64,000 nucleotides of DNA from a virus: IMG/VR virus record IMGVR_UViG_3300028581_000018, positions 45,450 through 109,449 of that record. One strand, 5' to 3'. The translations under genes and the position numbers were made by a program. Positions within the stretch are counted from its first letter, which is position 1. Each line of letters begins with the position of its first letter. Under the pieces are notes generated by a model, which saw only the letters and a program-made list of their open reading frames with translations, did no database searches and was not told where the DNA came from. Below are positions 9,738 to 21,000 of the stretch, one piece after another.

Positions 9738-12700
9738 TTAACTAAATAAACCTTTGTATTGTGTATAATAATTAGGATCTACTCCTGTATTTTGAGTCTT
9801 TGACTTGTACTCACGATCATATTGTTCTTTTGCAAATTGTGCAGCTTTATTATCATCAACACCCATTTGTGACTTAATTTTTTCTTTTCTTTTTGCAATC
9901 TCATCCCAGTCATATTCTGCAGAAGCAGTTTGTGAACCGTCAAATGGTTTAGATACACCTGTTGGTAATACAAAACCACTACTTGGATCAACTTGATATT
10001 GTGGATTTAAAACATTTAACGCTTGCGTTTTCCCCCGGTTGGTAAGTGCATTAGTGTAAGCTTGTGTATACTGCTGCCGTGCTTGATTTTTAGCATTCTC
10101 AAATTGTTGATTAGCTACTGTAGTTTTATCAAATATATTTGTAGCCCTATCAGCAGCCGCTTTTCTACCAGCATCTATTAAACCAACATTTATTTGGTTG
10201 GCTTGGTTATAGATATTTTGGTTAGCGTTATTAACAGATGATAATGTATCAGCTATACTTTTAGCAGCGTTGCCTTGTAAATCAGACATTCTAGCAGAAA
10301 AAGCTTGTGGCCCACTATATGAAGTTAAACCTTGTACAGCTTGTCCAGCAGATTCATTAATTGCAGCAATTTGACGATCCGGGTCTATATATGATGCAAA
10401 CATTTGTGGTGGTTCATATGGTGCTACAAAAGGTAACTGTTTGTTTATGTTATACAAGTTACCAAAGGTAGCAAGATTAAGAACTTCATCCTGCGCCCAC
10501 CATGGAGTAAATCCTGGTACACCAGGAATATTTTGATTTGTTTGCGTAGGTTGATCTGTTTCAGTTTCAGTAGTTGTACTTGGTTCTGTAAACTCTTCTT
10601 CAGCATATTTACCAGGATCATATCCAGCTAATTGACCACGAGTAGTATTAGCAAGTACATTATCAGCTCTAGAAATAGAGCCTGCCTTATCTCCTGTAAT
10701 TTTATCATTAAACTTACCAGCTTGTTGTATGCTGTAAGGCTTAAGTTTTTCTTTCAGTGCTGGAGGTGCGTCTTTATCATCACGATACTTTAATAGATCT
10801 CTATAAGCAATGTAAGATAACTGTTGACCAATACCTGAAGTTCCAGATGGTGGTGTAATACCAATCTGTTTAAGTTTTGTATTTATATCTGCACCTGTTT
10901 CACCTGCTTTACTAACATCATAACCATGTGCCTGTAAAGCAAGATTAGCTTTTTCAAATTCTAAAAACTGTTGAACTATTTCATCAGGAGAAAGATTCCG
11001 CAGCTCATTTTTTTGAGCTTCTGTAATTTTTTCACCAAAATAGTCATTGTTGTCCAAACCCTTTTTAAACTGTTCAACAAATGCATCTTTAACATCAGTG
11101 TCACTAAATGTTTCTTCTATAGCAGCATATTGTTGAGCAAATCCTTTATTATTATTAAAGATCTTCGTAAAATCATTAGACTGTTCATCAAGTGTAAATT
11201 GTCTTGGTTGAGATGTAACCTTTCTTAATTTACCATCTGCTGTTTCATAAATATCACCAACATTTAAATTATTCTTATCAAAACCAGCATCTTCTTCTTT
11301 AGGATAGTTTGATTTTTTACCAGCATTATCAGATGCTGTAACTGGCGTAGTTTCAGTTTTAGTAGTTGTAGGAGAAGGAGTAGCTTCAGAGGATGTTTGA
11401 TTAGTTGCAGATTGAGTAGGTGTAGTGGATGGTTGAGTAGTTGCAGGTTGCGTTTGAGTTACTGGAGTTGCAGTTGCAGGAGTATACTCAGATAAAGTTT
11501 TATCAAATGCAGCACCTTGATTTTTTTTGTTGTATGCGTCTTTTGCAAATGTAGGTTCGTAGTTATACTGTTGTGGGTTCTCAGTATAAAATTCGCGTGG
11601 TGTTTCAGTTGTCTTAGGAGCATTGTTATTAAAGTCAAAATTATTCCACATCAAAGATCTAGGAACAAAATTATCTTTAAAGTTCTTAACATATACATCA
11701 GGTTCAGCATCTAAATTTTTTCCTGTTTGATATGAACCATTAATTTTAGCTTCATCAATAGAAGCAAAACTATTAGGGTTAGTTAAAAAAGAATTGTAAT
11801 CAAAGTTTGGTACATCTTTAACTGTACCACCCATAGTAGAAGGATCTACACTTCCACTAGCAACTAAAACTAAATCTTTAATTGAGCGACCAGTATTAAA
11901 TTTATAATCAACAAGCCTTACTTGCATTTCAGGTTTTAAAGAATTATAATCTACACCTAACTTGGTAAGCTCATCAACTGTTTTTTGTATATGTTCTTTC
12001 ATTTTAGTCTTATTACTACCAGTCCAGTTATCATCTGAATACTTACTTTGATAAGACGTATTACCTTGTGTGGCTGCTTTACCACCTTTCATGCCAGCAT
12101 CTCTTTCATGCTTAAGTATATACTTTGTCCAGTTATCATTCCAGCTATTAAATGCTGTATCAATTGGATCTCCACTATTAGCTTGTGCTTGGCTATTAGC
12201 TGCATTTTGTAATGCTACTGCGTCATTTCCACGATATGTGCCAGATTGAGCATCTGACTTTAAGATATTTATTAGACCTTCTTGATTAGAATCAAGATTA
12301 ACTGCATTACCTGTTTGAAAAATAGGTAATGAAATACGTACACGAGATCTTGATTGTCCACCTTCACGCATATATGGCATGCCACCATATTCCATTACAG
12401 GGTTATAGTAAGATCCTCCATACATCATCATCATCTCTGGTGATACTCCTTGCATCATTTGTGGATCAACAGGTTGTTGATCTGGAGCCATCATTTGTTG
12501 AGCTTCTGGTTCTTCTTGAATTGGCCCTTGATTATATGACTCTGTTGGTACATCTTGTATGTTTTCTTCACCAGGTTGAGTTTGTGGTAAAAGCATTTCT
12601 GGTTTAATACCTTTGGACTCTAGGTAAGGCATCGCAATTACAGGTATCCCCTGGGGGAAACCTTTAATAGATTCTTGTGCTAAAGCTAAAGAACCTAATT

Positions 12701-13208
12701 TAAGATTAATGTTTTTAAGCATCATCTCTGCGGTGCGTACTTGTAAGGTGTCGCTGTTCTTATCTTGCAACATCTTACGATACTCATTACCTTTTTTGTT
12801 TATGTGGTTTGATATTTCCGCGGGGGTATATGCTTTCTTACCCTTCTTAGTAGGCATACCAAAGTATGCTAACAAATCAGGATCTTTTATAAGCATTGCC
12901 CTAGTATCAGAAAAGATAAAAGTGTTTTCAGGTAGATTAAGTGGTACGCCACCGCTTGAGTGGCGGGGCCCAGATATCTTGTAGAACTCAGCCATGCCAT
13001 CTTTGTTGATGTCACCCATGGCTGTTTCACCACCTTCAGCTTCTAAGTTAGCTTCATTTCTAGGAACACGAGTAAGTGCTTTACGAGATGTTAAGTCAGG
13101 AGTTTTAAACTCATTAACATTGGCACCACCCCACATGCTCATTTGACGAGCATTTGCGGTAACCTCATTTCCGTATTGTGCTTTAGGTAATGTAACGCGA
13201 ACTTTCAT
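9738..13208 (-). CDS. Virion cargo protein with a possible lysozyme-like (GH108-type) domain
   Basis: N-terminal EAEGGET...GPRHSSGGVPL resembles crAss-like cargo proteins; ILKHE...LVDYKFNTG resembles the GH108 fold; Thr-rich linkers. Confidence 0.55.
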   Translation of the reverse strand: MKVRVTLPKAQYGNEVTANARQMSMWGGANVNEFKTPDLTSRKALTRVPRNEANLEAEGGETAMGDINKDGMAEFYKISGPRHSSGGVPLNLPENTFIFSDTRAMLIKDPDLLAYFGMPTKKGKKAYTPAEISNHINKKGNEYRKMLQDKNSDTLQVRTAEMMLKNINLKLGSLALAQESIKGFPQGIPVIAMPYLESKGIKPEMLLPQTQPGEENIQDVPTESYNQGPIQEEPEAQQMMAPDQQPVDPQMMQGVSPEMMMMYGGSYYNPVMEYGGMPYMREGGQSRSRVRISLPIFQTGNAVNLDSNQEGLINILKSDAQSGTYRGNDAVALQNAANSQAQANSGDPIDTAFNSWNDNWTKYILKHERDAGMKGGKAATQGNTSYQSKYSDDNWTGSNKTKMKEHIQKTVDELTKLGVDYNSLKPEMQVRLVDYKFNTGRSIKDLVLVASGSVDPSTMGGTVKDVPNFDYNSFLTNPNSFASIDEAKINGSYQTGKNLDAEPDVYVKNFKDNFVPRSLMWNNFDFNNNAPKTTETPREFYTENPQQYNYEPTFAKDAYNKKNQGAAFDKTLSEYTPATATPVTQTQPATTQPSTTPTQSATNQTSSEATPSPTTTKTETTPVTASDNAGKKSNYPKEEDAGFDKNNLNVGDIYETADGKLRKVTSQPRQFTLDEQSNDFTKIFNNNKGFAQQYAAIEETFSDTDVKDAFVEQFKKGLDNNDYFGEKITEAQKNELRNLSPDEIVQQFLEFEKANLALQAHGYDVSKAGETGADINTKLKQIGITPPSGTSGIGQQLSYIAYRDLLKYRDDKDAPPALKEKLKPYSIQQAGKFNDKITGDKAGSISRADNVLANTTRGQLAGYDPGKYAEEEFTEPSTTTETETDQPTQTNQNIPGVPGFTPWWAQDEVLNLATFGNLYNINKQLPFVAPYEPPQMFASYIDPDRQIAAINESAGQAVQGLTSYSGPQAFSARMSDLQGNAAKSIADTLSSVNNANQNIYNQANQINVGLIDAGRKAAADRATNIFDKTTVANQQFENAKNQARQQYTQAYTNALTNRGKTQALNVLNPQYQVDPSSGFVLPTGVSKPFDGSQTASAEYDWDEIAKRKEKIKSQMGVDDNKAAQFAKEQYDREYKSKTQNTGVDPNYYTQYKGLFS

Positions 13209-13210
13209 AA

Positions 13211-16200
13211 TTATAAGTATTCAATTGTACCACCCATGCGTTGAATATAAGCAACTTCTTCAGGTGTCAAATCCATTTCATAAGTACCACCCATTTTCAT
13301 CATACCCCCAAATTTAGCAAATCCACTTGACACACCGGGACTAAACTGTTGACGTTGACCCATAAATGATTGATATGGTCTTGACATATCATATGTGTTT
13401 ATGTTAATGCCCTCATCTGGGTTAGCATAAGTTTGTGCAAAGTAGTTATAAGGATCTGTTTCACGGTTTAACATTTCAGCTTGAGCAAGCTCCTGATCTG
13501 CACGATTTTTCAGATTAGTAATTAAATTGGCACCAGCATATCCTATGTCTCCATACTGTGTAACACTTAAAGGATCTTTTCTAAAATTAAGACCAAATGT
13601 TTTCATTGAAGCATCTGGATCAACTTCTTGAGCACGTTCTTTAGCTGTCTTAGTAGGTAACTGCATTGGTTGTGGGCGCGCCCCAACTAAAGCACTATTA
13701 TCAAATGGCTCCATAGCAAATTCAGTGTCACCAAATGTTTTAGCAGACTGACCAGGGTTAGAAATTGAACGTGGTGCTAAAGTTACTTCACTTGCATCAG
13801 GGCCTTGGAATCTAGGTAATCCACCATTTTTATAAAGATATAGTTGTCCCCCGTTTTGTTTATTTTTAAGAGGTGGTGCAACAGGAAAGTTTTCAATAAA
13901 CTTTTTATCTTCTGGATTTCGAGAATCAATATAAACTGCAGTATCTCCTTCTGTACCAAATCTTTCAGTTAAACACTCTAAAGAATATGGTTCAAAGTTT
14001 GTACATCCATAGCTACCAAATCTATTATCAGGTTGACTAAACCTTTTAAGTCTTGATTGATATTCTACTGGATCATGATGTGGTTTTGCACCTATACCCT
14101 GTGAAGGATCCCACGTATAACCAGGTTTTGCTCCTGCACCATATACAACATGCATTGCTAAAGGAGTTGTAGCAATAGGCGCATCTTCTCCAAAAGCAGC
14201 AATAGGTTTTTGATAATATCCAGGATAACCATAAATACTCTTATCGTATTTCATGTTATATGTTCCTGTTGGAGTAGATCTTGCCGCAGGATTGTCTTTT
14301 AAATATGATACTGGATAAGGATTGGCATTAGGATCTGTTTCATAATTTTTACCAGCTAATCCCGTTAATACGGGAAACTTTTGATCAATTTTACCAGCTC
14401 TTACAAAATTGATAGTTCCTGTTGCCTTATCAACAATAACTCCAGATTCAAGATTGCTTCTTAAATCTTTATTTTCATAATAACCATCACCTTGAAATGG
14501 ACTATTACCAGTATTTTTAAAATCAATACCATTTCTTCTTTGTAACAAAGGTGGTATTTTAACTTTTACATTGTTAACCTCTTTAGCATTTTGTTTTTTT
14601 GCTTGGTTAACTACTTTAGGAGTACTTGGCTTTTGATTATTAGATTGATCTATTTGAGAACTTCTAGATGAAACATTAGTAGTTTTTGGTTGTTGAACCG
14701 TTTTAAAATCTTCAGTATTTTTTTTACGATTTATATCATTAACCAGTTGAATATTTCCAGAAAGAAGTTCTTTTTTTAATGTAGAATTTTGTTCATAAGT
14801 ACCAGTATAAGGTTCATCAAAATAATCTTGGAATATTTTTTTTCTAGATTCAAAAGATGGATCATACCCTTTACTCTTTACTATATCATAAAGTGTTGAT
14901 CCACCAGTTTGATATGAATCTTCTTGATAAAAAGATTGTTTATTTCTTGGATTAGGTTGACTAACTTTAAAACTCTCTTCTCTCTTCAATGCATCTACTT
15001 CACTTTGGTTAGTAAGATTAATTGGGCCAGCACCACTTAAATCAATTGGTGTTAGTGATTGTCTCATGTAATTTATAGCATCACTATTAGGTGCAAAATT
15101 GTTGTCAGCTTCCTGACCATATGCACCAGTATAAGAAGGATCTCTTGGTATAGATTGGTTAATACTTTGAGTAGGTAAACCAGTAATACTGGTAGGAGGA
15201 ATTTGTTGTATACCTGGCGTATACTGTGATGGTGGAGTTACTGAATAATCTCTTATATTAGTTTGTTGTGGAGGTGATATATTGTTTGGATCTAATAGAG
15301 GTGGTACACCAATTCTAGCGGGTTTATTAGAAGATGTAGTGCCAGATGTAGTTGATGTTTCTTGTGGAAAATTAAGTGGAGGTAACGATCTACTAAACTG
15401 CATTGACAAGGTTCTAGGATTATTAATATTTCCTAAAAAACCTTTTTTAGCTTCTACGTTAGATAAATAAGATCTGTCTAATGGTATAGTGCCATATACT
15501 TTTTGAGCATCTGCAAAATCTCTAGCGCTTTTTCTTGTAAGACTATACCCACGCGGTTGAAACCAATCATTAGAAATTGGCGCCGCGCCAAACATGCTTA
15601 ACAAGTTACTCATATTTACACTCCTACCTATTCCTGGATATTGTGGAGTAGCACCCCTATTTTGAGCAGCTAGTAGCTGATTAAACTGTTCAGGAGTAAG
15701 TGATATGTTACCCGTATTAGACGTATTACCTGTTTGACTATTCTGAGTGCCTTGAAAAGTTGGTAAACCACCATATCTCATCATAGGGGGTTGGCTAAAG
15801 TAATCCATACTTTGTTCAACTGCTTCGTCAGCCATTGTATTAGCTACATTGCGCTGTATGCCAGCGACGAATTTTTTGAGACGCTCACCGCCATATGAAG
15901 AATCACCAGTAGGTAAACCATCTGTGTTTACCATTTCCTGTGCCATACCGCGCGCAGCTTTTTTAAGCTGAGATGTAAATTTATTACGCCCACGCTTTGA
16001 ACCACCATACATATAATCTTCCTCACCATAATCTGCAGTGGCTGCCTCAACAGCAGCGTTATACTGTTCTTCTTCAGCTTCTAAACCTGCAAGCTCTTCT
16101 GGAGTTGGTGTATTGTAAGATTTTTGATATTGAGCTGGTTGTGCAGATTCATCTTCTTCATCATACATACTTTGTTGTTGCTCATCAACCATTTGATTTT

Positions 16201-16522
16201 GTTGACGAGATTGTTGCATAGTATAGTATTTCTGAACAGTACCAACCATTTCTTGTAATGCAGCCTGTTGATCTTCTTGACTCATTGAAGAAATTTGGCT
16301 CATTACTTCTTCAGGATCTGATTCTGTAATCTCAGAATACATTTGAATGTATTGCATTATTTCATCATCACCACCACCACCTTGTTGCTGTTGCTGTTGT
16401 TGTTGACCCCAAGGCATACCACCCACTTGAAAACTAGATAACATTGCATTATCGTCAGTTTGCATAGGCCCGTAAAAAGCATAGTCATATAAGTTGGCGC
16501 CGGGAGTATATTCTGGTAACAT
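13211..16522 (-). CDS. Virion cargo protein with an L,D-transpeptidase (YkuD-like) domain
   Basis: VIVDKATG...FPVLTG...TPTGTY...AMH...SYGCTN retains the catalytic His and Cys; large Q-rich low-complexity regions. Confidence 0.7.
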   Translation of the reverse strand: MLPEYTPGANLYDYAFYGPMQTDDNAMLSSFQVGGMPWGQQQQQQQQGGGGDDEIMQYIQMYSEITESDPEEVMSQISSMSQEDQQAALQEMVGTVQKYYTMQQSRQQNQMVDEQQQSMYDEEDESAQPAQYQKSYNTPTPEELAGLEAEEEQYNAAVEAATADYGEEDYMYGGSKRGRNKFTSQLKKAARGMAQEMVNTDGLPTGDSSYGGERLKKFVAGIQRNVANTMADEAVEQSMDYFSQPPMMRYGGLPTFQGTQNSQTGNTSNTGNISLTPEQFNQLLAAQNRGATPQYPGIGRSVNMSNLLSMFGAAPISNDWFQPRGYSLTRKSARDFADAQKVYGTIPLDRSYLSNVEAKKGFLGNINNPRTLSMQFSRSLPPLNFPQETSTTSGTTSSNKPARIGVPPLLDPNNISPPQQTNIRDYSVTPPSQYTPGIQQIPPTSITGLPTQSINQSIPRDPSYTGAYGQEADNNFAPNSDAINYMRQSLTPIDLSGAGPINLTNQSEVDALKREESFKVSQPNPRNKQSFYQEDSYQTGGSTLYDIVKSKGYDPSFESRKKIFQDYFDEPYTGTYEQNSTLKKELLSGNIQLVNDINRKKNTEDFKTVQQPKTTNVSSRSSQIDQSNNQKPSTPKVVNQAKKQNAKEVNNVKVKIPPLLQRRNGIDFKNTGNSPFQGDGYYENKDLRSNLESGVIVDKATGTINFVRAGKIDQKFPVLTGLAGKNYETDPNANPYPVSYLKDNPAARSTPTGTYNMKYDKSIYGYPGYYQKPIAAFGEDAPIATTPLAMHVVYGAGAKPGYTWDPSQGIGAKPHHDPVEYQSRLKRFSQPDNRFGSYGCTNFEPYSLECLTERFGTEGDTAVYIDSRNPEDKKFIENFPVAPPLKNKQNGGQLYLYKNGGLPRFQGPDASEVTLAPRSISNPGQSAKTFGDTEFAMEPFDNSALVGARPQPMQLPTKTAKERAQEVDPDASMKTFGLNFRKDPLSVTQYGDIGYAGANLITNLKNRADQELAQAEMLNRETDPYNYFAQTYANPDEGININTYDMSRPYQSFMGQRQQFSPGVSSGFAKFGGMMKMGGTYEMDLTPEEVAYIQRMGGTIEYL

Positions 16523-16549
16523 AGTATCTGTATTAAGGTTAAAATACGA

Positions 16550-18019
16550 TTATTTTTTGGATTTAGAAAATCTAGGGGACTGGCGTTGTATGAAGTTTAG
16601 TACTGGGTCTCCTGCTGTTGGTAGAGAACCGCCAAATTGCTTAGACATATATTGCAACTGGTTTTCTCCAAAATATCCTTCTGGATTATAGGTAACATTG
16701 TAATTGTTATAAACTTCTGGATTTAACTGATAACCATACATTGATTCCATCCAAGCTGTAGGATGTTGTTTAGATTTTAACCACATACCTGTTTCTTCAT
16801 CTACTGAAGGATAATGTCCTGCTTCATCTGGAGTGTAACCTAGCTCTGATGCTCTTTTCATATTGTAGTCACCACCCTTTTGAAAGTTTAGATTACCACC
16901 AAATCTTTGCATAGGTTGTGCATCTTGCATTTGATTTACTCCGTATGCTCCTGCTCCTATACCCATAACTGGTGCTAATGCTTTATATATATTAGGATTA
17001 GTCATGTCAAAAAATCCTACATTACCTGTTGCTGATTTAAGTTGTTTGTTTTTAGGAATACTCTGTTCCCATGCATATTTACCTGTTAAAGGATTAGGTC
17101 TAGCTAACTGTGGATTAAACTGACCCTCGTATTGAAATCTTGGTAACGCTCCGCCTAGTTGTTTAAAACTATCATATCCTTTTTGTATAGATTTATCTTT
17201 AGCTTTCTGTACGCTTGTTCTAAAACTTCCCCTATTTTCACCTTTTTCTATCTTTTTATGACCTTGTAACCATAAATCTACTAATGGCAATTTATTATCA
17301 GCATAATCTTTAAGCTTTGCACTTGACTCAGATAAGTTTATTAAGAATAAAGAGTATTGTTGTTCTGGAGAAAGTTCAAGTGCAGACTTAGCACTTAGTA
17401 TTTTAGGATCCGGTTTAAGGTTTAATCTATCAGATATTCTCTGATATCTATTTTGAGCAGTTATTAAAGAAGGAGCTTCAAATTGAAATATTCCTCTTCC
17501 AGGGCCTCCACTATTTTGCATTTGTAAAGGATCCATTGTGTGACCAGATTCATGATAACCAATAGTGTCAGCCATGTGTCCCCATAAATCTCTAGTACCA
17601 CCTCTGGTTTCTACTAAATAATCTAGTGTGTTATCTAAATCTAGAACATCAGATTTTTTCTTTTCCATGTACTCTGCATTAGGATTAATGTTCATATGAA
17701 CTCTTAATGCATCTGGTTGTTGAATAGGTACTTGTAATCCTACTTGAGCCATGGGTAACTCTAGAACATTCTTACCAGGAAACTGATACTCTTGATTGGG
17801 ATACATCATTTGACCATATCCTGTTTCATCTTGACCATATACTGGATAAGGGACTCCACGCATCGTAATTCTACCATCATCTGTTGGCACCATTGTATTC
17901 ATACCTGGAAAATCCCACTGACCCCTTTGAGAAACTATAATATTTTTTACTTTCTCAAACATTTCATTAGGCCCACCTGGTAAGCCTTGTCTAGAATTTT
18001 TTGAATAAGTCTTTTTCAT
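16550..18019 (-). CDS. Virion cargo protein with a lysozyme-like domain
   Basis: TIGYHESG...GPGRGIFQFE fits the lysozyme-superfamily ES and GxxQ motifs. Confidence 0.6.
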   Translation of the reverse strand: MKKTYSKNSRQGLPGGPNEMFEKVKNIIVSQRGQWDFPGMNTMVPTDDGRITMRGVPYPVYGQDETGYGQMMYPNQEYQFPGKNVLELPMAQVGLQVPIQQPDALRVHMNINPNAEYMEKKKSDVLDLDNTLDYLVETRGGTRDLWGHMADTIGYHESGHTMDPLQMQNSGGPGRGIFQFEAPSLITAQNRYQRISDRLNLKPDPKILSAKSALELSPEQQYSLFLINLSESSAKLKDYADNKLPLVDLWLQGHKKIEKGENRGSFRTSVQKAKDKSIQKGYDSFKQLGGALPRFQYEGQFNPQLARPNPLTGKYAWEQSIPKNKQLKSATGNVGFFDMTNPNIYKALAPVMGIGAGAYGVNQMQDAQPMQRFGGNLNFQKGGDYNMKRASELGYTPDEAGHYPSVDEETGMWLKSKQHPTAWMESMYGYQLNPEVYNNYNVTYNPEGYFGENQLQYMSKQFGGSLPTAGDPVLNFIQRQSPRFSKSKK

Positions 18020-21000
18020 CGTGATGAAAACTGTAATTTTTCATTAAATGATCTGAGTATCATGTTTACATTACCAGACACTCGCTTCCTTAAAAGTACA
18101 TAATTTATATAATGCCTAAACTTTTTACGCTGTGTTTGAAGCTTGTTGTAATTTAAGTTGTTAGGATTTAATGTTTTTAGATAACCATTTGGTTGTGTAT
18201 TCCATATTTGCCTTTGGGCAATAGGGTTAAATTCGCCGCGATCATCTGTGATATCCCAGAACTGATTAAATCTTATCTTCTGTTCTTCTTTAGCGTATAG
18301 TATATCAATAAAACCTGGGTTAATAATTGGGTAAGCAAGATTTGCAATACCATTATTTTTAGACTGAAGATTTAATCTTAGCAACCCTGATGTTTGCTCT
18401 GTATTCCAGATTATTGCTTCGTCGAAGTTGTAATCTAAAATTTGAAAATCATCTGTGCAGTTGTTTAAATTTCTAGCAACAAAAGATTCTACTGTATATT
18501 CTAAACTTCTCAATGTAAATACTTGCTGGCCGCTAGCTACAGGTATCTCAATTTCAAAAGGATAGTCTATACCATAGAAGTTACAGTATTGTGCACATGT
18601 ATTATTATGGCGCCATATACCCGAACCCTTAATACTTGAAAAGTGATTCTTTGAAGGTAATAACAAATCAGGTTTCCAATCATGAAAACTTATCCACATT
18701 TCATTTTTCAAGTCATAGCTTACTGTCCATGATGCGTCATCAAAGTAATTAAAGAAGTTTGCGTCTCCTATTTTTACACGAATCAATCTGTCAATAACAA
18801 ACTCGTTTGTTGACTCATCATAGATAACACGTCCAGTATTTTTATACTGATCTCTGAGATAGTAGTCTTTCTTACATATGTAAAGAATAGTATCTACATT
18901 CTCGTAGATTGTTTGCATACCAACACCTGCAACAGGATTAGCTACCAGCGGGAAATTTGGAAAATCCTTTAGCAACTCATATTGCATGTATTTAAAGAAC
19001 CACCATTTCAAACCAGCTAGCGAAATTTCTTTTAGTTGACCAGTATATTGATATATCTTACCTTGGTTTTGACTTGTCCAGAATAACCCGCCGGGAGTAC
19101 TTATCACTGATCTTATATCTTGACAAGATGCATATTCAAATGAATTTTCTGCATTGACTATTCTTTGTTCTGCTTGAGAGAAAAGCGCCCCGTCGCCAAG
19201 AGTAACTTTGGTGCCAAGATCTGTTTTTAGTTCATCAACACCCTGGAATAAAACAGGACTAGAATCTCTAAAGAAAAACATTGCACCATTTCTACTAATA
19301 CTCTTTACACCAGTAACATAGTTACGATAGTCTTTGTAGTTATTAGCCAAATATATTCTCCAGCTATCTCTTATCTGCTCATCTTGCTGAGGGAGGGAAT
19401 ACAATATCCTGTATGGAAAATACTGATAGCAAAGCTGTGATACCTGTGGATCATAGTTTCTTGCTTGTAATTGTCCCCAGGAAATAAAGTTGTTGAACAA
19501 CCTACTTATGCTAAAAGACTCGTCGTATGCATAAAAGTTATCAAATGGTATAACATCTGGGTTGGCATTAAACATAGTACCCAAATCGTTGAAACCATAG
19601 GGATCATAAAATTTGTCTTTGTTTAACACACCCTGTTCTCTAAACTCAGACAACCTTTCTGTCTCTACAAAGAAATCACGCACCCCAGAATTAAATAGAT
19701 AGAAGTAAGTATTGTCATTTGTAAATACACTTAATGGGTTGAAGACACCACCATCATCTAATTTATAAAAATCACTAGGTAAAATACCTGCTCCAGTTGA
19801 AGGGCTTGGTGGCTGAAGAGTTATTAAACTACTAATAGCACTATTAACAGCACCACTTAAAGTAAACTGTTTACTATTTACCCAAAACTTTGGTTTTGAT
19901 ACCATCCTGTAGTTGTAGTAATTATACTCAAACCCATCAGGTTGACTATACAACCAATCATTAAAATAAAAGAAAGTTGTCTTTTCAGTATATCGTTGGA
20001 TATATGTATCTCCTCCAAAAAATATACATGCTGGAGGCGCTGGTGAATTAAAGTTTATACCAGATGGTATAACTCGTTTAGTGTACTGCTTGCCGTTGAC
20101 AGTAAAAGAATTAGATATTAAACTGCTAAAATCAATTTTCTGTTCGCAGTCTGTAATAGGTATTTGTTTAATACTATCTAACTGACCATATTGATTTTGT
20201 ATTCTAACCTTTATGCCAGCATACCAAGAAGAAATATTTCTTTGAAACTCTTGTCTTGGATCACTATAGCTTGCAGGTTTAGCATAAGAGTTATCTAAAT
20301 TAGGTGGAACAAGAAATGCTGAACTTTGAGCATTAACTAAAGTTTTAATACCAACAAAAGTATTACGTTTAATATTGTTGATTTTATAATTTTGATCAAA
20401 GTTTACAAGTCCCGGGCGCACGTAAGCATTAAAGTCTATCTCTCTTGTAACATTTGGAATAATTGGTCTTACTGAAGAATCATAAAAACCATGGGCTAAA
20501 CTTTGTAATGCGTATTGTCTGTATGGAGTAAATGCATAAATTGCTCTCATTGCAGTTTCTGCACCTTCACTAAAAAAGTAGAGAAAATTAAAAGCATTAG
20601 CATTTAAAGGAAACCCATCATAAGGATTTGATTCATAACTTTCAGTATATTCCCCACCTATAAAACCAGGAGATAAAGCAGCTGCAGTATTTGCTGTTGT
20701 TTGTTCAGCTTGAGATACTGATGATTGACCACCAGGAGCCGCAGCTTGCACTATTGCTACACTACTTGAAGAAGCAGTATTACCTGACGTAGCCTGTGTT
20801 GTTGTTGCGGTTGCAACATGTGCACCAGGTATTGGTACAAATGGATAAAATGCTGGTGGTAGAGTAGTACCATTTGCTGTTATAGGAAAAGCTATATTTA
20901 ACCCTCTTGGTGAACTATATGTTCTTTGCTTTTTACCGTTAAGTTTTATTATACCATATGCTGCTCCAGCCATTAACGCAAAAACAACAAAAACATCTTT

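Noticed and set aside
16368-16406. CAA/CAG and GGT microsatellite
   Set aside because: It simply encodes a poly-Q/poly-G linker
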